Source: Lytechinus pictus
Taxonomy: Eukaryota
DNA length: 64,000 nucleotides
Assembly: GCF_037042905.1 (NCBI RefSeq)
Contig: NC_087251.1
Span: 41,356,001-41,420,000, forward strand
Direction of reading: 5' to 3'
Below the pieces are notes generated by a model that made no database searches, was not told the DNA's origin, and worked only from the letters and a program-made list of their open reading frames with translations. Shown in pieces: positions 56,751-64,000 of the stretch (position 1 is the first letter of the stretch; each line of letters begins with the position of its first letter). Both the position numbers and the translations under genes were made by a program.

Positions 56751-59700
56751 GGTTAAGCTACCCTTGAGAGATTGGCCACGAGACGATTGTGATTGGGACG
56801 GTCAAGAATTAACAGCCCGGATTATCTGAAAGCCTATATATAGACAACAGAAAAATAAAGAAAATGGATACTGAGTTAACATAATTACTTTGAGCAATTA
56901 AATCATAAAATGAGGGGGCATGACTTGACAAGGGGTCATAAAAATCACGAGAGAGAGAGAGGGGGGGGGGAGAAGAAAAGAAGACCTGTAGAGAATAAAC
57001 ATCTAGGCCTGCATGTAACTTTGCGACAGACCTCAACAATTATTCAAAAAGTACATGTGATTTCACATTTTACCTTAGTTTCATTCCTATATATCATAGT
57101 TCTTGTTCTATTTTTTTCGTTCGGTCTTGGAGCTTTTTGCAAACAGCGGCCCCAAGCACACCAACATAGAGAACAGTGCTGAATGAGAATCCGTGTAAAA
57201 TGTGTAGCATTTTGGCCGCCATCCCAGGGCATCGGGGGGGGGGGGATTGGGTTGGTTGTGATATCCTTTTTTTTTCTTTTGCTGATTTTTTATTTATTTT
57301 GGGGGGGCGCTCGTTTTCCTCCAATGTACTGGTCGATTATGTCCCCGCATCCGTTCAAATGCATGGCATTATTTCAATAATAAATACCACCATTTCTCTT
57401 CTAATTTTCATTAATTCATTAATGACACTCGACCTAAGCTAGGATGTTCCACGTGCATCTTTATTACCCACTATTATTTCACCAAAGGGTCATCTACTCA
57501 CTCACCATTAACCTAATTATTTATGTCAATAACTTACCCTATTGGGTTCGTCAACCAACAACGTCAACGAGATCTATAGTTATTATTCTACTTTTATACA
57601 ATAGATAAGGGCATGTGTGTATATATACCACTTGAGTTGCAGGATTGGCTTACTTGTCCTACTACAAAAATACCGTGGTATGAAATATTAACCATTCGGA
57701 GACCATCAACATCAAGTATATGCACTGGATAATGATCCAATGTACTTGAATGACGGAGATGCCTGGGCTTAGTTCTAACATGGGCCTATTTGGTTGTAAT
57801 GTAGACTGTCTTCTTTTTATGCCGTACATGATATGATATGGCATACAGAAACAGATCACGAACAAGCAATAATAAGTGACAAATAGCTGAAAAGGATGAT
57901 AAAATAAATGCCATGGCTGAATGTATACCTGTGCGAACCGATACTGTTGCATGTACCATAGAGCCCACCAATTTCTACATAATGTCTCTTTTGATCAAAG
58001 AATCAATATCAAAACCACATCATTCATGATAATAACTGAATCTGCACGCTCGTTTCAGAGAAATATGAATATGAAAACACTGTTATCTTCAACGGCGACA
58101 CATTGTCATTGATTTAGCTTACCTTTACGGTTTTCCAAGCTGAATTAATTCCAAAACAAAAACACGACTACGCCCTCACGAAAGGCATTTCAAGCTAAAT
58201 TCATATCCAATTAATCCAACGCTACAAATATCCATTGATAATAAATATATTCACTGACAACGTTCAAGCTGGCAATGAGGTACATGTATGTTTGAACATG
58301 GACTGTAATAGGTCCATGGTTTGAATAGGCAATGGCTACCGTATATGGCCTGACCTCATCAATACATAGTAACAACGTGGTTACGTATCAACAAAGACTC
58401 AATCAAGGTTATCCCCATGGCGCCCGTCGAGGGTATATGCCTATATACTAACAATGAATTCAATATATCTATATTATGAAATCACTTTAGTGGTTATAGT
58501 TAAAAACCCCTACAAACTGCGATTCAAATGAAGAACATAAATATTGCATTTCTATAATATGTTATATCACGTTCTGGAAAAGCATAATAAGGGCCTACCT
58601 AATCTAGCTTCTGCCTACCTATAATCTTATCATCAAAGGGTGAAATTCATAAATAGTTTTTTAAATAACTGTCATCACACCAAGTAGACGATAGTCATTG
58701 CATTTCTCATTTTACCTCCCTCTCCAACACTATATGACCTTTATTTCTACTTCCTTCATATTTTTGTAGTTGTATATAGGTTAATTCCCTCATTATTCAA
58801 GCATACATGCAATATGATCATGAAGTGTGAAATTTCTGATTCAAACTATTTTTTGTTTACATCATTTCTGGTGTGTGTAAATTCAGTAGAGAGGGGGGGG
58901 GGGAGAGATGGTAACCACACGCAATGTATATATATATATATATATATATAAAACACAGAGTGTGATGGAAGAAAATAAGAGAGAGGGTGGTAGTGACTGT
59001 AGAGGGGGACAAGAGGTAGCTTGTACTTTTGTAGGAATGGCTATAGGGAGAGAGAAGAAGAAGGAAGAGAAGAAAAGAGAGAAAAGGGAAAAGAGAGAAC
59101 TCAAAATATTAAACGGGCAAATATAGTTCATGCTAAAGCAGGTATATGACAAATGCTGGAATGTTTTGCTTTGTATAGTTGATGATTTCCGGGGTTGCCA
59201 CAAAGTCAAGCTAAGATTATAGTGGCAACCCCTGCAACCTTCATAGATTGTTTTGTTGTACGACCTTTTTCATATTTTTTTATCATTATTGTTAAATATT
59301 TTGTTATGTGCTATGTATTTTCTTTGTTATTTTGTATATGAAAAGTTGCAGAAACAATAAACGAAATGAAAAAAAAATGAAATGATAATATGATAATTTA
59401 ACACATCATTAAACATGTACATGACCTATTCCGTCAGATCATGTTAACCCGAGCTCCATAGCTCCTCGTCCCATCCGTCCTACATCCCTCCCCCCCCCCC
59501 CTAAATTGACCCAAGACAAAAGTATACAATCTTCACCTTTGGATATCTGAAGTACAGGTATATTTGCCAACAAGCAAGCTACTTTGCACCCCACCCCGGG
59601 ACCTCACCATACCCCCAACACAAGTGACCGAGCCTTTCATTTGAACTGAAAATCTAAAGCATTTTGCTATTCGCATCACCACTAGAAATTATCTGGTTTC

Positions 59701-62700
59701 AATCACAGAAAAGAAGGTAATAAGCGAGCTATTAATTTATTTATTTTTACAACAGGCTGCCGAAAACAGGTTTAATAGTTTTCAAACTACAACCAGGTTT
59801 CAAAGTTCATGGATGTTTTCCTCTTTGATCATGGCACCACAATAATCATTGTCACATGAGTCTTGTGACAGGAACGAAACTACAGTTTATTTCTATATTA
59901 TAAGAGCCCTGGCGTACATAAAGAGTTAAAAACAATGGAAGGGGCACATCAAGGCAAGGGGGAGATTTCAAAATAGGCACAAGCGAGCGAAAACATTGAC
60001 CTCTTTGAATTAAGATTTTAACGATAGATCTTTAAATAATTTTCAAAAAAAATAATTTCATATTTCATCCTTTTTTCCTTTCAATTCGTCCCCCCGGTCG
60101 ATTTTTTTTTGTTTGGGGGGGGGGGGGCAACCAAGCCCCTATCCCCACGCCTGCAAGTAAGAGCCATATAAACCTCGAGATATGTTACCTAATGAAAAAA
60201 ATAATTAATATGTCATGTGACAGGATTCCAGATATAGCAGCGATTAAAAAAAATATATCTGATCATCAGGTGACAATAATGTAAATGGAAGAATATATGA
60301 AACCCTTTTCTTCTTCTTTTATTTTCAAGTTGAATGCTATAGAAGGTCGCATATAACAAATATTGACATTACTCTCTACGCAAATGAAAAAGCCCAAATC
60401 ATGCAATATAGACATGGGCGGAAATTCCAGGGGGCAGGGGGATGCGTCCCCCCTACCCAAAATAGTATATAGGGGGACACAGTTTCTAATGTCCCCCCCC
60501 CCCCCCCCACTAATTTTGGTCTTTAACGATGGAAAGAAATACATCATTCAAAATCGAAATAAAACATGTATTTTGGACGAGATGACCTTACTTTTAGGGG
60601 TGATAACCCCCCTTTTTTTTGGGTGGGGGGGGGGGGGCTTGTCCAACTTTCCAGCCCCTGGTCCCCCTACCTTTGGGGAGAGATTTCTGCCCTTGAATAT
60701 AGAGGAAATTGTTGAATACCTATACCCTTCCATAATCATGATAATCAATCAATTCATTAGGCCAAGACAAACTTGTGAAGCAAATTAATTATTGCCGCCC
60801 TGCTCACTGGATCTAAGCTAAGATCAGATGATCTGTTGAGTAAATGCAGACATGCGAATGACGCTATCAGGGAGGGAAGGAAGTGATTAGGTTATATGCA
60901 GAAACGAGACCTTTCAATGTGCCCTTTACTTTAAAGTGCATTCTGATTCAAGAAAATAATGCTGCTATAGACATTACCCATCCATGACTTAGCAGTTAAT
61001 AGATAGCTATATCACCAACTTCATTTCTTAAAAAAAAAATTATACACCTCTATAATTGTCTGTCTATCATTTCATTTAGTTTCATTTCATTTTGGTACTC
61101 ATTTTTGTTTTCATTTTTGAACTCATGATTATAATTATCAGTATTGCAATATTGTACTCGTGAAATGCCTCTATTATCATTGATCAACTATAGTTTTAAG
61201 GAAGTATTTATGCCGAAGATCTTGAATGGATTGATAATCGCCTTTGGCTTAATCTTTCCCCACACAAAAACGGAATATTAGATAATCAGAAACACGTAAG
61301 TTAAGTGGGATCAGATATTTGATAAACTCTCATGTCCATCTGTCGATGTGTACGAGAGTGCAACAAAATAATATACTTACATAGAAAAATATCATAGTAC
61401 ATAGCGGGCATCTTCAAACACAGTTGTGTTACACATGATACCCTAACAAGCATTCTATCATACCAATAAACATTGAAGCTATATCTCTCAAAATATTTAG
61501 ACTTACAGGAATATATAACATTGACGGTACTATTTCTATTGTTTCTATGGTAAACGAACAATCAGCCAAACCATGGACCTATTAGGTCCATGGTCAAACA
61601 TACAAACTTACAAATGGGTAATCATATAACCTGTAACTATATTTTCCCCGGGCTATTTTCATTTGGTAAAGAATGCTATCTAGATAAACTTGCCCAAACC
61701 GGTGATATAATATAAATGGGAGTTACAGCGTATATAACTGGTATAGTTACAACGTAAAATAAATTATGGACAGCAAAATAAGAAAATGATAGACTGTCGC
61801 ATGTATGAACTCCCTTACCTGAGGTATTTTGATGAATCTCCTAAATCCAATCCGAACCTTTGTGAGACTCAATGAAATGGGTCCTATAAAGCTCGTCCCA
61901 AAGTCCAGGAATGAGGATCCATACAAAGTTGCTAGGTAAAACATAATACACGCATACTCTGATGGGTTGGGCTATAGTATACAACTATTCAAACATGGGC
62001 TCAACTTTATTTAGTTAGAGTTAGACTTGGAAAACAGCCTTTCCTTTTCACCCTATGCAGACACTCCTTAGTTTTTATACACATTAGATGTTTCATTACA
62101 AAGTAATGAAACATTTTCCTTTAATTTCATCAAACAGGATGGAAATTTTAGACAAATACAATATAGCAACAGACGATATCAATGGATAATTTATTTTATT
62201 TTATGGTTATTGGAATGCTCGAATAAAATCTTATGGGGGTTTCCTACTTGACAGAATTAATAAGGTTCTACAGCTGACCTATAAAGATTTTGAAACCTTT
62301 TTTTAATGGTTTTGAAAGGGGGAGTTGAATGTGATGGGGAGGGGGGGGGGGGTGGGCTGAACATAATGCACATAATTTTGGTAATCATTTTCGCATTTTT
62401 GTACATGGATACTGAAAACAGTATAAGGGCTGAAAGCCTGAACGCCCCCCCCCCCCCCCACCACCACCACCATCACCACCACCCTTCCGACCCGTTTCCG
62501 CGGCGCCGGAATAATGATTTCTGTACTGAGCATAGTAATGTAAACAAGGCCTTTGCATTTTGAATTACATATCACTATACACTATTCAGAGATAATGAAC
62601 GTTTCAAAAGATAATCAGTTGAACTGGCGTTTGAACGAAAAGATAATGTAAAAGGTAACACGATCTAGTCAATAGATAACACTATATAAGATTATGTAAC

Positions 62701-64000
62701 AGTTTACACACATCCCGTGTGTAAGATCTGATCGAACATTGCCAGCAAATCGAGGATAGTGCAAGGTTCTCAAAAAAGAAATGTTACAGGGGTGTCTATT
62801 ACATAATTATACTCTAGTATGTTATGGTGTTGACGAATTACTTAAAAATGTGTATTATATTATGGATTACTGGGGTACCTAGGGATAAAAATCACCCCCA
62901 TTCTGCCCCGGTGGCAAACGAGCGTGAAATGCCCCCCCCCCTGATAATAGGTAAAACAAGGGACATGTGACTTGCCCCATAAGACTCCCACTCCACATCC
63001 TGACGAATTGGCGATAGTCAATGTTTAACAGGAATGTTCGATTTTCAAGAAGTGTTGCAATATATATGATAATAAAAAGATATACCTGAATATACCCCGG
63101 GCTGAACGTTCCATAATTTAATAGTGGCAAATGAATATCAAAGTTACATGTGCGTTTTGCTCAAAACACTGGGTTGAATCACAAGTTCTGTATTTGCTTT
63201 CATTGAGTATCATTCTCGATCAACGGATGCTGCAAGTCACTTTTAAAGGGGCTATACACTCTGCCCCATGTTTTTAATAAACAATTCAAGAAAAGTATAA
63301 TCTCTTTGTGTGAACCCCCACTCCCCCCCCCCCCCGAAAAGCTAGCACAAATATTCTATTTCATTCGACCATATTAATAATCATCCAGAATAGACAGGAA
63401 ATAGCGAAATACAATGGATGCATAATAGATAATTTCTTAAACATACCTCAGGGGTATGTTTAAGAAATTAATTTCTGATATGTGTAAAGGATAGGAGAAA
63501 ACAAAAATCTTATTATGAATTCCAATGATGTCTGTGAATAAAATATGTCAGCTTGCATATGATTCACGGCATACATTTTTCTTTGACTCCAGTACAAAAT
63601 AATATTATGCCCCACTCCTCCACCCCTGATATGTGTGTGGTTCTTGGTGTAATACGATGATCAAATGAAACATGTTTTTACACGAAATAATATTGTTAAG
63701 ACGATCTAGGCATAATTAAGCAAACAATTTTTGAAACGATTTCCATTTTTAGTGATTAATTGTAATTTGTATAATCATGTTTTTTTAAAGACTTTTGCCT
63801 TGGAAACAGACTACAAATGTACTTGAAGGCGAAGCGCTGCTCCCATTGAATCAATATTTTATTCTTGATTTGTTTGTAGAGCCATTTGCTCATCGACATC
63901 ATTCAGCTCCAACAGTGAGTCAGGATGCTGTATAGGCCTATCTATCAGCTTTGAATGCAAACATAAATAGATTGTATATACTACCTGTTTGAAAGTTTGT

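Overview
AT-rich, intron- and repeat-rich animal genomic DNA. An invertebrate such as an echinoderm is my inference from the repeat types; it is not proven. I reconstructed three spliced genes by hand, all with GT-AG junctions and consistent phases: COQ6 (minus, 9 exons, 557 aa), COMMD1 (plus, 4 exons, 190 aa, head-to-head with COQ6) and a NUSAP1-like gene (plus, 10 exons plus a candidate 21-nt microexon, about 648 aa). Two paralogous, unnamed 72 and 75 aa hydrophobic Cys-rich membrane microproteins lie on the minus strand at 49.1 and 56.5 kb. The rest is dominated by non-autonomous DNA transposons (TTAA/AGG Kolobok-T2-like, Harbinger-like, hAT-like and Tc1-like MITEs, many of them foldbacks), tRNA-derived SINEs and tandem repeats. 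No transposase ORF was seen. The most unusual signal is a 72-nt, fully paired tRNA-like cloverleaf with a UCA (UGA-reading) anticodon, intact Pol III boxes and a T6 terminator, embedded in a nested inverted-repeat cassette at about 49.9-50.6 kb. Other leads are the microprotein pair, a CCAAT/CHR G2/M-type promoter and an Aurora/CDK motif array in NUSAP1, a triplicated COQ6 splice donor, a satellite-filled TTAA element and a 7SL/Alu-like fragment. All family assignments come from motif recognition, not database searches.
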